The notes: generated from the letters alone by a model not told the origin. A DNA stretch of 64,000 bases from Balneola sp. (GCA_965222085.1 OZ244952.1:895079-959078); one strand, 5' to 3'; shown: positions 48,668-58,900, numbered from the stretch's first letter. Translations and numbers: made by a program.

Positions 48668-51493
48668 TTATTGGTCATTACTACATGTTTTCGAAATGGT
48701 GGAACTCCCACCATCCCAAACAAGGGTTTCACACGGACGCCACACGCCTCCTCCCCAATCCTTCCAACGCGTCCAGGTTTTACTCAACACACTATCTGAT
48801 GTGCTAATCGATGGGTCTATTAACTCTACCGAATAAGGCTGACTTAACATATTAAGACTCTCCATCCCACTATATTCCTCATGGGCATAAATAAATTCTT
48901 TTAATTTCAAAGATGTATCATTTAGTAAATATTCAATTGATCTAACTTGATTTTTTTGTGAATCATACGAATAAATACTCGAAGCTGTGTGTGTCCCTGT
49001 TTCAGAAGTGGCAACAACTGTATTCAGTTCTTCAAGTAAGCGCCTTCTTTTTATAAGATTATGCCGAATAGCAAATAAATTAAAGTCAATTGTGATTGTA
49101 GAACTAGGACCAATGTGCTCAACCAAATAACCTAATCTACTAAATTCAATAGCTGGGGAAATATATGTATCGATGAGATCCTTGTAATCGTAAGTGCGAT
49201 CACTTAATTGAATTAATTGGTCATTCGAATTATAGCTCTCTTCTCTTAGTAGTATACCTCTACCAAAATCTTGAGAGGTATTGGAAATATTTGGAAATTG
49301 ATGATCACCGTTGATTATGTCTGGAAACACATCTGCAGCTGTGAACTGAAATACATTTTTTAAAGGTTGGTCATCCTTGTAAGTAATTTTTTGTACATGT
49401 TTATAGCCTAAAAACTCACCTTGAGTAGATCCAAGTGAAAAAACACTGCCGGATTTTCTAATGCTAAGAAATTCGGTATTAGATCCTGCACAAGCTATCT
49501 CTATATTAGAACACCATTCCATTTCATAATTACCATTCAGTGTAAAAAAAGCTTGGAAAATCGTATCTAACTCATTAACTAATACCCCACTAGATTTTTC
49601 AGGTACATATATGGAATTGTATGTATAACTAGTTTTTATGCTATCTGCATGTGAATGTCCACCAAACTCTGTGATTTCTTTAATTCTAAATCCAGGGCCT
49701 GGCAGATAATCAACCACATTCTTGTCCAACCTTGAAATCGTTACATCAAGATCATTGGAAGTATTATATCTTTCGAAATCTACAAGATACTTTCCTGGTT
49801 CTAAATATATCGAACATGTTTCTCCTAATGGCACAATTTCATCGTACATACCATTTGTTTGATGAGTAAGCGTTGCTGTTCCATTATGATTCAATGGATT
49901 CGGAAGTTGACAATCAGGATTCGCATTGCCAAACCCCAAAGTAGAAATTGAAACCGTAAGCCCATTAGGATTTTCTATTTCTAAAGTGTCTGTGCTAGTC
50001 CAATTGCTACCGCTTTCCGAAGTAAGGAAAGAAGTTTGAAAGTTCATCTCCTCATACTTATAAACCTCAAAAATATTATTAGATATGCGTGAATATGTAT
50101 TAGGCTCGTATAAATAATTTGTACTACCTCCAGTTGGGTAAGTTATTTTATTGAGTAATCCAATTTTGCTAAACTCATGATTAGGCTCCAGTACCATACC
50201 GTCAATTCTTACATACTTGTTCGATACCGTATTGTGCATATAAAATTCTGGTAAAAACCTAAGGGCATTTATATTATCATCCTCTCCATTGTAATACCCC
50301 CAGTGATCTACTTCAAAAGTAGTAATATTGGGTAATGGAGATGTACTGTTTTCGCTTTCATAATTAAATTTATACCCTGGGACTTGATTATTCTCTGAAT
50401 CAAATATTTTAATCTCTTTCAAAATTGGCCTACTAGCCGTTCCTGAGCTACCTATATATTCATAATGAAACGTGTATAATTTATTTGCTCGATTGTTGTT
50501 TAATACAAGCACCGAATCGATAAGTTTTTCTCGTGTAAAATCAGTTCTTGAAATGTAAGAAATCTTAACTTTAACATTTCTATATGCTATTTCTTTAAGC
50601 CATATCGTTCTTTTTCTCCATTCCTCATTTCCAATTCTTATATACTCTTCATTTGGCATTGTAGTAGACTTCAATTCTTCAGTATGCATTTTTCTCTCAA
50701 GAAAATGAGCAAACGGTTCTGATGTCTCTTCATCAATCTCATACCCAAAGGTAACCGGATTCATCCCAACTTTTTTTATTGAATTTAAATACCATGAACT
50801 TATATACGGGTCCGTTTCTTCAGGAACTGATGAATAGGGGTATAACTGTCTAGATCGTGTCACCATCAATTCGCTTGTTTTATTACTACCAAACAAATAT
50901 TCCGTACCGTCGTCATCAATAATTTTAAATTTAGAACGATCACTGCTATCGCTTGGGTTAATCCATTCGATTTTTATGTTTTCATTCAAATCATTCTGGA
51001 AATCTCCATATTTATCAAGAAAAAAGGATCCAGACTTATTAAGTAAACTATAATAAAAAACATCTGGTTGACCATCTAAATCCCCATTTTTAACATCATT
51101 TATAGTTGTAGATATTATATTTTGAAACTCAGAGTAACCATTCAGGTACCCTACTTTGTCTCCAGAATTTTCATCTCGTATTGACTGAACAGTTCTTGTT
51201 ATTAACCCTCCAGTATGCATTGACCATCCTAACCCTAAATGCCCTGGAATTTTTTCGGGCTTAAACCCATTATAGTTGTGCTTTAGGCTGATGCTTAAAG
51301 GACCTAAATTTATTAAGTTTATTGAAGGACTTATCTTTCCTGTATATAAATTAACATCAGAGTTACTAAACTCTCCAATAGCCGAAGCTGTAGGAGATTG
51401 TACACCTAAGTCAAATAATTTTTGTGAAGCTACACTTTTAGAAATCCCAATAAGGAAAATTAGCAGCAATAAATGTGATTTAAATTTAAGCAT
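48668..51493 (-). CDS. Large secreted protein of unknown function encoded upstream of the RHS gene
   Basis: 941 aa with a signal peptide. The N-terminal segment PTASAIGEFSNSDVNLYTGKISPSINL is reminiscent of the SpvB/TcB N-terminus, and a few YD-like motifs lie near the C-terminus (SDRTYDYKD, YSYDSQKNQVRSIEY). Confidence 0.6.
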   Translation of the reverse strand: MLKFKSHLLLLIFLIGISKSVASQKLFDLGVQSPTASAIGEFSNSDVNLYTGKISPSINLINLGPLSISLKHNYNGFKPEKIPGHLGLGWSMHTGGLITRTVQSIRDENSGDKVGYLNGYSEFQNIISTTINDVKNGDLDGQPDVFYYSLLNKSGSFFLDKYGDFQNDLNENIKIEWINPSDSSDRSKFKIIDDDGTEYLFGSNKTSELMVTRSRQLYPYSSVPEETDPYISSWYLNSIKKVGMNPVTFGYEIDEETSEPFAHFLERKMHTEELKSTTMPNEEYIRIGNEEWRKRTIWLKEIAYRNVKVKISYISRTDFTREKLIDSVLVLNNNRANKLYTFHYEYIGSSGTASRPILKEIKIFDSENNQVPGYKFNYESENSTSPLPNITTFEVDHWGYYNGEDDNINALRFLPEFYMHNTVSNKYVRIDGMVLEPNHEFSKIGLLNKITYPTGGSTNYLYEPNTYSRISNNIFEVYKYEEMNFQTSFLTSESGSNWTSTDTLEIENPNGLTVSISTLGFGNANPDCQLPNPLNHNGTATLTHQTNGMYDEIVPLGETCSIYLEPGKYLVDFERYNTSNDLDVTISRLDKNVVDYLPGPGFRIKEITEFGGHSHADSIKTSYTYNSIYVPEKSSGVLVNELDTIFQAFFTLNGNYEMEWCSNIEIACAGSNTEFLSIRKSGSVFSLGSTQGEFLGYKHVQKITYKDDQPLKNVFQFTAADVFPDIINGDHQFPNISNTSQDFGRGILLREESYNSNDQLIQLSDRTYDYKDLIDTYISPAIEFSRLGYLVEHIGPSSTITIDFNLFAIRHNLIKRRRLLEELNTVVATSETGTHTASSIYSYDSQKNQVRSIEYLLNDTSLKLKEFIYAHEEYSGMESLNMLSQPYSVELIDPSISTSDSVLSKTWTRWKDWGGGVWRPCETLVWDGGSSTISKTCSNDQ

Positions 51494-51890
51494 ATTCTTA
51501 ATGTTGTATGTTTATTATTAATAAACGGATCAAATTCCATTCACTTCACCAACACATCTTACTTTCTTAGTCTTGGTAATATTTTATAAAATTCAAAAAG
51601 ACCGATTCAGCTCCAACCACAATATGAGCAGTATTGATTTAATCAATATTGTATTGTATTTCATTGCTTTAGTCACTTACCTCAGTATTTAATACCAACT
51701 TCTTACAACCCATTCACTAGCTAAAACGAATCAAGCACCCTGAAAAATTTATGCTTAAATTCGGCTTACCATTAATTTAATGATACTAGTAAAAACCCTG
51801 ATTTTTAGTCTGTAACAAAAGTTCATTTATCCTGACTTCATTATCAGATATCAAGTAAGACACTTTGATGGTTAATTCATTACAAATTAA

Positions 51891-51910
51891 ATTGTAAACA
51901 ATTGTAAACA
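51891..51910 (+). repeat. Perfect tandem duplication ATTGTAAACA x2
   Basis: Read directly from the sequence, inside a 482-bp AT-rich non-coding gap. Confidence 0.9.
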
Positions 51911-51975
51911 CTGCCTCCAATGCTATTATCATATAAATACTAATTGTTAGTTACTGTTATAAATTTATTAATTAT

Positions 51976-52617
51976 CTATCCGTAAAAATTCCCGCCTTGT
52001 ACGTAATAATAAAACACAAACCCCATAAAGAGGAATGGGGCAAGAGGTAATTTAAAAGCTTTATTTAGTCTTTTGGTCAAAAGTCCTATCAGTGTAATTA
52101 CTCCAGAAATTATTATACCTATATAAATTACAATTAGTACTTCCAGACCTAAGAATAAAGACAATAGTACTATCAGTTTCACATCACCCCATCCAATAAT
52201 TTTTTTTGAGGTAAACTTTTTTCCGATCCAATAAATTACCAAAGAAGCCAAAATAACAGTAAGGAAAGCGTACGCTTTTTGGATCTCGAGTTCATACCAG
52301 AAGTTGATACCGGCAAGAATAAGTAAAATTAAAAGCAACTTGTTAGGGATAATTTTTGAATACCCATCTACCCAGGCAATGACGTAGAAAAGAAAAATAA
52401 ATGAGTAATTCACCCATTCGTTTGCACCAACAGGATCGATCATATAAATAAGTACGATTGATCCAAGAGTAGCAACAACACTACAGAGCTGCTTATGTTT
52501 GGTATTCGAAAGTGGGGTAATATTTTTGGAAAGAAGTTCCGGATAATAAAAGCTCAATAATGAGCCAATTATTCCAAATACAAGTCCTGCAAATATGACA
52601 AAAAGATGACTCACCAC
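51976..52617 (-). CDS. pilD: A24-family prepilin peptidase
   Basis: 213 aa, polytopic. The aspartate contexts are AWVDGYSKIIPN and GWGDVKL. Confidence 0.85.
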   Translation of the reverse strand: MVSHLFVIFAGLVFGIIGSLLSFYYPELLSKNITPLSNTKHKQLCSVVATLGSIVLIYMIDPVGANEWVNYSFIFLFYVIAWVDGYSKIIPNKLLLILLILAGINFWYELEIQKAYAFLTVILASLVIYWIGKKFTSKKIIGWGDVKLIVLLSLFLGLEVLIVIYIGIIISGVITLIGLLTKRLNKAFKLPLAPFLFMGFVFYYYVQGGNFYG

Positions 52618-53040
52618 TTAATCCGGGGTAACTTGCTCAACGATTCCATTTTCATCCACACTCCATTTATTAAAGATTCCGTCTCCATCGAAGTCAATAA
52701 TGGATGTAGCGGTAGCCGTATAAGATCTGGGCTCTGCCTCCTCAATTTCAATAATGTACCGAGCTTTACCTCCTTCGGTAATAAGCTTCTCTTGTTCAAA
52801 TCCAATCGCTTCGAAATTATCGGCGTAGACATCTTTCTCTAAGTGATAGGTCCGCTGAAGGGTATGCAAAAAGTTAAGCTGGGTTTTAGCTTCCGTTGTT
52901 TTAGCTCGGGTTGTTACATTTTGATACAATGGGACAGCTATCATAATCAGTATTCCAATAATAGCTAAGACTATAAGAAGTTCAGAGAGGGAGAACCCGT
53001 CTTCTTCTTCAATAATGGTTGTAAAGGTGTTCTTTTTCAT
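52618..53040 (-). CDS. Type IV pilin / pseudopilin (major subunit candidate)
   Basis: EEEDG|FSLSELLIVLAIIGILIMIAVPLYQN is a canonical class III signal with Phe+1 and Glu+5. Confidence 0.85.
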   Translation of the reverse strand: MKKNTFTTIIEEEDGFSLSELLIVLAIIGILIMIAVPLYQNVTTRAKTTEAKTQLNFLHTLQRTYHLEKDVYADNFEAIGFEQEKLITEGGKARYIIEIEEAEPRSYTATATSIIDFDGDGIFNKWSVDENGIVEQVTPD

Positions 53041-53045
53041 AAGGC

Positions 53046-53501
53046 TTATGATCTTACTTTTATTACAAAAGGTTTGTTTTCATGTTCAAAAATTACGGAG
53101 TCTTGAGTGATAGACTTGACTGTAATGCCGTTAAATACATCAGTTTCTTTTACCACAATAATACTTCGAGTAGCATCCAGTACCATAATAGTTTCATCCA
53201 TTACGCCAAGTACGGCTATACGAGGACGAATGTAGGGGTCAATCGGATTGGTTTCAGGGTTTTGCCGCTGAACCGGCTGTCTGTTTAACTCAAAAGGGTC
53301 TCTATTTGCCTGCTTATATGTAAATTGTTCTCTGCTAACTAAAGATAAATTGCTCAAATCAATATCATCTTGTTGTTGTTTGGCAACCTCTTCCTTGTTA
53401 CTTAATACTTCAGAGAACTGAACCGCGTTTACTCCCCATATCACTAAGACAATTCCAATTAATAAGACTCTTCCTACCGTTGTTTCCAGAAAGTCTTTCA
53501 T
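53046..53501 (-). CDS. PilP-like pilus assembly protein, tentative
   Basis: N-terminal TM segment plus a small C-terminal beta domain. The call rests on its position between the PilO-like and pilin genes. Confidence 0.4.
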   Translation of the reverse strand: MKDFLETTVGRVLLIGIVLVIWGVNAVQFSEVLSNKEEVAKQQQDDIDLSNLSLVSREQFTYKQANRDPFELNRQPVQRQNPETNPIDPYIRPRIAVLGVMDETIMVLDATRSIIVVKETDVFNGITVKSITQDSVIFEHENKPFVIKVRS

Positions 53502-54031
53502 AACTGCTCCCCGCTCAAAGCAAAAGACACCTCAAATGAACCACTTAACTCTTCGTTGTCTTTTTTTGTCAACTCAAAACGTTTGATTCTTGCAATGTAA
53601 GAGCTCTGTTCAATCTTATTAATAAACCCGGCAATTCCATTATAACTGCCCTTAAAGTCAATGGTCACACTTCGCTCCATTAACGATTCTTGCTTGCTTT
53701 TAAGAGGAGTTAGTTTTTGAATCTTGACATTGCTACGCCTGGAGGAAGTAAATAAATATTCAATAATGTCCGGGAAATCGTCAGCGGAAGGAATGACAGA
53801 TTCCGTCGTTCCTACATACCCTTCAAGAATTTCTTTTTGCCGTTGAAGCTCACTGAGTTGCCCCTTCCAGTCAGTCATATAAGCTATATTCTCCTTTTGT
53901 GACTTTAATGCCTGACCTCGTTCAAGCGTAGCAGTAAGGTACGGTAGAAGTAAAAATACAATACTGAGAAGGCATATTACCAGCACACTTCCCGTGGCTA
54001 TCTTCCAGCGATATTTCATTAAGCCGTTCAT
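53498..54031 (-). CDS. PilO-like pilus assembly protein
   Basis: 177 aa with an N-terminal TM segment, a coiled coil and a ferredoxin-like C-terminal domain. Overlapping start and stop codons with both neighbours. Confidence 0.55.
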   Translation of the reverse strand: MNGLMKYRWKIATGSVLVICLLSIVFLLLPYLTATLERGQALKSQKENIAYMTDWKGQLSELQRQKEILEGYVGTTESVIPSADDFPDIIEYLFTSSRRSNVKIQKLTPLKSKQESLMERSVTIDFKGSYNGIAGFINKIEQSSYIARIKRFELTKKDNEELSGSFEVSFALSGEQL

Positions 54032-55437
54032 TCTACTAATGCCTCCACCTCAATGGAAAATTCTGTACCCTGCCCGTTCTTTGAAAGACTTGAGCTTATT
54101 AGTACTGGGTTTTTGATCCACGGGTGAGAAGAAAGTCTCTTCATAAATGATGATATTGCTGTTTCTTCTTCAGCAGTTCCGGTTAGTATCACCTGAGCTT
54201 TTGATGGTTCCGATCTCATTGAAAGCGAGAGCTTATTAAGTGTAATCTTCTCACTGATTGTCTGATTTAAAGCGGTAAACACTTTAGCTGTGTTTGTCTC
54301 CCGTCCGGTAATTCCTTTGAATTCTTTATATACATTAAACAACTCATGTACCTCTGTTCGCTGCTGCTGAACAATACTTAACTTGTCATCAATTGCTTCC
54401 ATGACCTGAGAAGTTTCCTGAAGTTGATATTCAACCACTGAATTCCATACATAGCTACCTAAAAAGAATAGTGCTAGTGGTGCTACAAGTAATACCGCGG
54501 TTTTTTTGAATGTTAATTTGTCTTGCGTTTCATTAGCCTGTGCTTTAGCAGCATCAGATATACACTCAAATTGATCCAGTCCGGGGTATAATGATTTAAT
54601 TCCGGCTCCAATAGCAGTATTATATTTTTGAGAGAGTTCATCAAACTCTTTTCTTCCATCATGAGGAGTAATGGTTTGTACGTCCCGTTTCGAATACTCT
54701 GTTGAATTCACTACATCAGGAGCATACAATATAGTTGAGCCGGTCTCCAATTGATGCGTCAGTTCTTCGCTTTGTATAAAGCCGTGAGCCTGATCCAAAC
54801 AGTAAGCATTGTCCACGTCTTCAGCATTTTGGAAAGTATTAACCTGTTGTAGCATCCCATCTTTAAAGCTCAATAGAAAACACTTATGCTCTTTCTTATG
54901 TAATACCGAATGAAAGCCTTCCACAACTTCAGGGTTTAAAATGTTGCAATACCCGAATTCTGTCGTTCCTGTATAAAGATGATTTAGTGGAAGCTCTGCG
55001 CTTCTAAAAAATTCTTCTGAATGATCAGCTAGCTCCTTATCCACTAGCTGAAAAACAACTCGCCTTACATCTTCATCCAATTCAATTAAATGATCACAAA
55101 TGAGAACCTCTCCAACGGATTCTTTTAATAGCTGGTTCTTTCTGTTCTCAATCCAATGTTCTACTTCTTCAGGGGACTCAAAAAATGGAACCTCTTCCGA
55201 AACCACTTGTTTTAATAATGTCGAATGACTGAGCGTAACCGAGTAGATATCACCCTGAATGTGCTTCTTTAAATCTGCAAGAATTTGCTCTTTTTCTTGA
55301 GTTGATGTTACCCAAGGAAGTTCTCCAGTCTGGATAACCTTTATACGAGATCCTAGCTTACTTAATTCAACCCAAAGTAGTTGACCATCAATTATTTCGG
55401 CGCTTACTACTCTTTGTTCTATGAATGGAAGGTTCAT
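54028..55437 (-). CDS. PilM/PilN-like fusion (actin-like ATPase fold + TM + PilN-like domain), tentative
   Basis: 469 aa with a single TM segment near aa 315-335 (AVLLVAPLALFFLGSYVW). The call rests on its position between the secretin and PilO-like genes. Confidence 0.5.
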   Translation of the reverse strand: MNLPFIEQRVVSAEIIDGQLLWVELSKLGSRIKVIQTGELPWVTSTQEKEQILADLKKHIQGDIYSVTLSHSTLLKQVVSEEVPFFESPEEVEHWIENRKNQLLKESVGEVLICDHLIELDEDVRRVVFQLVDKELADHSEEFFRSAELPLNHLYTGTTEFGYCNILNPEVVEGFHSVLHKKEHKCFLLSFKDGMLQQVNTFQNAEDVDNAYCLDQAHGFIQSEELTHQLETGSTILYAPDVVNSTEYSKRDVQTITPHDGRKEFDELSQKYNTAIGAGIKSLYPGLDQFECISDAAKAQANETQDKLTFKKTAVLLVAPLALFFLGSYVWNSVVEYQLQETSQVMEAIDDKLSIVQQQRTEVHELFNVYKEFKGITGRETNTAKVFTALNQTISEKITLNKLSLSMRSEPSKAQVILTGTAEEETAISSFMKRLSSHPWIKNPVLISSSLSKNGQGTEFSIEVEALVE

Positions 55438-55440
55438 GGC

Positions 55441-57444
55441 TCAATTATCTATGCTCAGTTCCATCTTTTCCCGAAGTCTGAGCCAGCGATCATTGTCATT
55501 TTCATCACCGTAAAAGACATGAGGAGTAATAAAAATTACCAACTCTGACTTAGTCACACTCGTACTTTTATTTCTAAACAAACGACCAAGCAAAGGGATA
55601 TTTCCCAGAATTGGTACTTTATTGATGTTCTCTGTTTCTGCCTCCTGAATCAATCCACCCAAAATGATGGTTTCCCCATCTTTTAGTCGTACCGTAGAGT
55701 CAAGCACTCTGCGACTAATCGTTGGGGGTACATCAGCATTGAATTGACCAATTGGAGTATTAAATTCCGGATGAATTTCGGCCGTAACCTCTCCCGAGGC
55801 ACTCACCCAAGGGGTGATCTTAAGCAACACATTGGCTTCAATCTCTTCGAAGCGTTGCGTTTCTTGGGTTACAATTTGATTCGGTGATTGCAAAGGCGTT
55901 GTTGTTGTCAATAAGAAATACTGTGTGGTTCCCACTTCAATACTTGCTTCATACCCATTTAGTGTTGATATCTGTGGGCGTGATCGTATATTGATTAATC
56001 CTTCCTGATCAAGTGCTTGAATTCTGAAAAAGAAGTTACTGGGAAGTTTACCTAAATTTGCTATTCCAAACAGATTCCCCCCTGAGCTAAAGGCATTGTT
56101 AATATCATCTCCAGTTCCTTGAGCTCGAAGCCCACCGCTTTGATCCGTTCCTTGTCCGAAAAAAGCTGAAAATGGGTTGAAATTAGAACTGTCAGGCGCC
56201 GATCCTTGAGCAAGCGATAGTCCCAGTTGATACATATCAGAAGTTTGTACGTCAATGACTAACGCCTCGATCATTATTTGTGGGGTCGGATAATCCAACT
56301 CTAGTATAAAATTCTCCAGCTCAAGGATCACATCATTGGTACCGATGACCATCAACCCATTCTGCTCTTTTACTATTTGAATATTGGCATTTTGTTTGAT
56401 GGATTCCGGAATCAGATCAATAACCACATCCGAACGAATGTGTTCTAGCCGAACTAATTTTGTTGAAGCAATCCCACTGGTACCCTTATCTCCTATAATA
56501 TAAATATCCCCTTCTTTACGGTATGTAAACGAGGTGCCTCTGAACATATAATTCAGCGCTTGTTCTATGGTAAGGTTAGAGGTTTTAGCGGTGATTTGAC
56601 CCTGTGGTAATCCATAAGTAATCATACTAACATCCGTTTGGTAGCCAATCTCTCGTATGACATCCGTGATGTTTGCATTAACCACATCCATTGTGATCAA
56701 TCCATCTTGTACCTGTATCCAAAAAGTATCGCCTGAATTCTCTCCGGATTCTGAAGATCTGAAGCCAATACGATCAATCACAAATACCCCATCACTTTTG
56801 CGTAGCGAATATCCGTTGTTCTGAAGAATGGTATTTAACCCTTGTTCAAATTCGATATTCTGAAGAAATCCACTTATAGCACCTCTGACTCCATTTCGAA
56901 GAATGATGTTTTCTCCTGTTTGTTCAGAAAGACTTCGAACCAAAACCTGAAGGGAGGTTTCCTCCAAGTCAAGGGTTAGCAATCCGTTTTCAAAAAGGAT
57001 AACCGGTTCGTGTGACTCTTGAACCACAGGTTCAGGTTGATAAGAACTTACACGAAATACACTCCCGTTTTGCTTTAACTGCATCTCATATTCTTGAACA
57101 ATAAAAATAAGAACTTCAATAACCGGGATATCTGCGAAGCGAACAGTCACCGGTTGTTGCAGATTCTCTGAAACAACCAGATTGATGTTATACTGAATGG
57201 AAAGTGCTCTGAGAAAATCCCTTGCCGGAATGCTGTTTATATTCAGGTTTTCAGCTTCTTGCAAAAGTGGGGCTGGAAGGTTATTGAGCTCAATTTCAAC
57301 CCGTTGGGTATCTATAATAGAAGCAAGGTACTCTGAATAAGTTGAATCCTGAACAGCTCTATTTACCCTAAGACTATCTTGAGCTGTTGCTTGTGTGGTT
57401 GCAAAAATAAAAAGCGTTAAAAAATATAAGTATCGTATTCTCAT
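55441..57444 (-). CDS. pilQ: Secretin (PilQ/GspD family)
   Basis: C-terminal secretin domain with VPILGNIPLLGRLFR and SELVIFITPHV. Signal peptide starts at ATG 57444 (MRIRYLYFLTLFIFATTQATAQ); the ORF track starts at 57510. Confidence 0.88.
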   Translation of the reverse strand: MRIRYLYFLTLFIFATTQATAQDSLRVNRAVQDSTYSEYLASIIDTQRVEIELNNLPAPLLQEAENLNINSIPARDFLRALSIQYNINLVVSENLQQPVTVRFADIPVIEVLIFIVQEYEMQLKQNGSVFRVSSYQPEPVVQESHEPVILFENGLLTLDLEETSLQVLVRSLSEQTGENIILRNGVRGAISGFLQNIEFEQGLNTILQNNGYSLRKSDGVFVIDRIGFRSSESGENSGDTFWIQVQDGLITMDVVNANITDVIREIGYQTDVSMITYGLPQGQITAKTSNLTIEQALNYMFRGTSFTYRKEGDIYIIGDKGTSGIASTKLVRLEHIRSDVVIDLIPESIKQNANIQIVKEQNGLMVIGTNDVILELENFILELDYPTPQIMIEALVIDVQTSDMYQLGLSLAQGSAPDSSNFNPFSAFFGQGTDQSGGLRAQGTGDDINNAFSSGGNLFGIANLGKLPSNFFFRIQALDQEGLINIRSRPQISTLNGYEASIEVGTTQYFLLTTTTPLQSPNQIVTQETQRFEEIEANVLLKITPWVSASGEVTAEIHPEFNTPIGQFNADVPPTISRRVLDSTVRLKDGETIILGGLIQEAETENINKVPILGNIPLLGRLFRNKSTSVTKSELVIFITPHVFYGDENDNDRWLRLREKMELSIDN

Positions 57445-57506
57445 GAATTGCATTAGTGATGTTACTCCGCAGAATACATAAATAAAAATGAAGTTACATC
57501 CCTTGC

Positions 57507-58673
57507 TCAAAGCATGGTTTCCCTGTACACTTCTTCCACCGATGTAAGCCCTTTACGTATTTTTTGGATTCCTACATCTCTAAGAGTACGCATACCTTGT
57601 TTTGTTGCAATTAATTTTATTTCAGATGAATTAGCAGAGGTATTTATGTGAGAGGTAAGTTCATCACTCATGGTAAGAAGTTCAATAAGTGCCGTTCTTC
57701 CTTTAAATCCAGACTGGTTACATTCGGAGCACCCTGCACCTTGTTTGAACTCGTTATGGTCTTCCAACCCAAGTTCTTTCACCAGGACTGAATCAGGTTC
57801 ATAGTTTGTCTTACAATGCTCACAAATCTTCCGAACGAGGCGTTGTGCCATCACCATTCTAACAGAAGAAGAAACAAGAAATGGCTCTACCCCCATTTCT
57901 ACCAACCGTGATACCGCGGATGACGCATCATTCGTATGTAGAGTGGAAAAGACAAGATGCCCAGTAAGTGCCGCTCTTATTGCAATTTCCACTGTTTCCT
58001 TATCTCTTATTTCACCAACCATAATGATGTTTGGATCCTGTCGGAGAATAGAACGGAGAATATTCACGAACGTCAGATCAATCTCTTCATGGACCTGAGT
58101 CTGGTTAATTCCTTCTAGATTGTACTCAATAGGATCTTCAATGGTTGTGATGTTTACTTCTTCGGAATTGATTTCGTTTAGAGCAGAGTACAACGTTGTA
58201 GTTTTCCCGGAACCAGTTGGACCCGTCACCAAAATCATTCCATAGGGATTATTGATCTCTTTTCTAAAAGCACTTAGCACCTCCTCTGAAAACCCCAGCG
58301 ATTCTAGACTTAATTGGAGGCTACCTTTATCCAAAATTCTAAGTACAATCTTTTCTCCATATTGAGTAGGTAGGGTTGAAACTCTCAAATCAATATCCTG
58401 ACCTTGTTTCGCGCGTATTTTTATGCGCCCATCTTGAGGTCTTCTTTTTTCGGCAATATCTAACTCAGCCATAATTTTCAATCTGGAAGTAATCGCATCC
58501 TTCTGCGACAATTGTAGTTCAGTAATTTCCTGAAGAACTCCATCAATTCTAAATCGAAGCCGATACTTCTTTTCAAAAGGCTCCAAATGAATATCACTGG
58601 CACCGACTTCAATTGCGGATTGAATGATTTGATCTACTTGGGTTATGACTGAGCCGGAGAATTGTTTTTGCAT
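57507..58673 (-). CDS. pilB: GspE/PilB-family secretion ATPase (short form, no N-terminal GSPII_E_N domain)
   Basis: Walker A GPTGSGKTT, Asp box, Walker B IIMVGEIRD, His box TGHLVFSTLHTN, and tetracysteine CEHC...CSEC. Confidence 0.93.
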   Translation of the reverse strand: MQKQFSGSVITQVDQIIQSAIEVGASDIHLEPFEKKYRLRFRIDGVLQEITELQLSQKDAITSRLKIMAELDIAEKRRPQDGRIKIRAKQGQDIDLRVSTLPTQYGEKIVLRILDKGSLQLSLESLGFSEEVLSAFRKEINNPYGMILVTGPTGSGKTTTLYSALNEINSEEVNITTIEDPIEYNLEGINQTQVHEEIDLTFVNILRSILRQDPNIIMVGEIRDKETVEIAIRAALTGHLVFSTLHTNDASSAVSRLVEMGVEPFLVSSSVRMVMAQRLVRKICEHCKTNYEPDSVLVKELGLEDHNEFKQGAGCSECNQSGFKGRTALIELLTMSDELTSHINTSANSSEIKLIATKQGMRTLRDVGIQKIRKGLTSVEEVYRETML

Positions 58674-58900
58674 AGATTTCTTTAAATTTGACTCGAACTA
58701 TAACACAAATAAAGAATTATATAAAGATAAACTTTTAGCTTATTCCCTTAAGTCCATGACAACTATATAAAAGACTATTTATATAGTAAACCGACAGACA
58801 ATCAGTTGGAGAATGTTGTTTATTGAAATACTTTCGTGATATATGGTGAATGCATCCTAATCTTGACCGACAAATTGATGATACAATTCAAACTCTATTA

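Noticed and set aside
48649-48732. Extended RHS start at 48732 given by the ORF track
   Set aside because: The extension overlaps the end of the upstream gene and encodes no signal peptide. The internal ATG at 48648 is followed by a textbook signal peptide.
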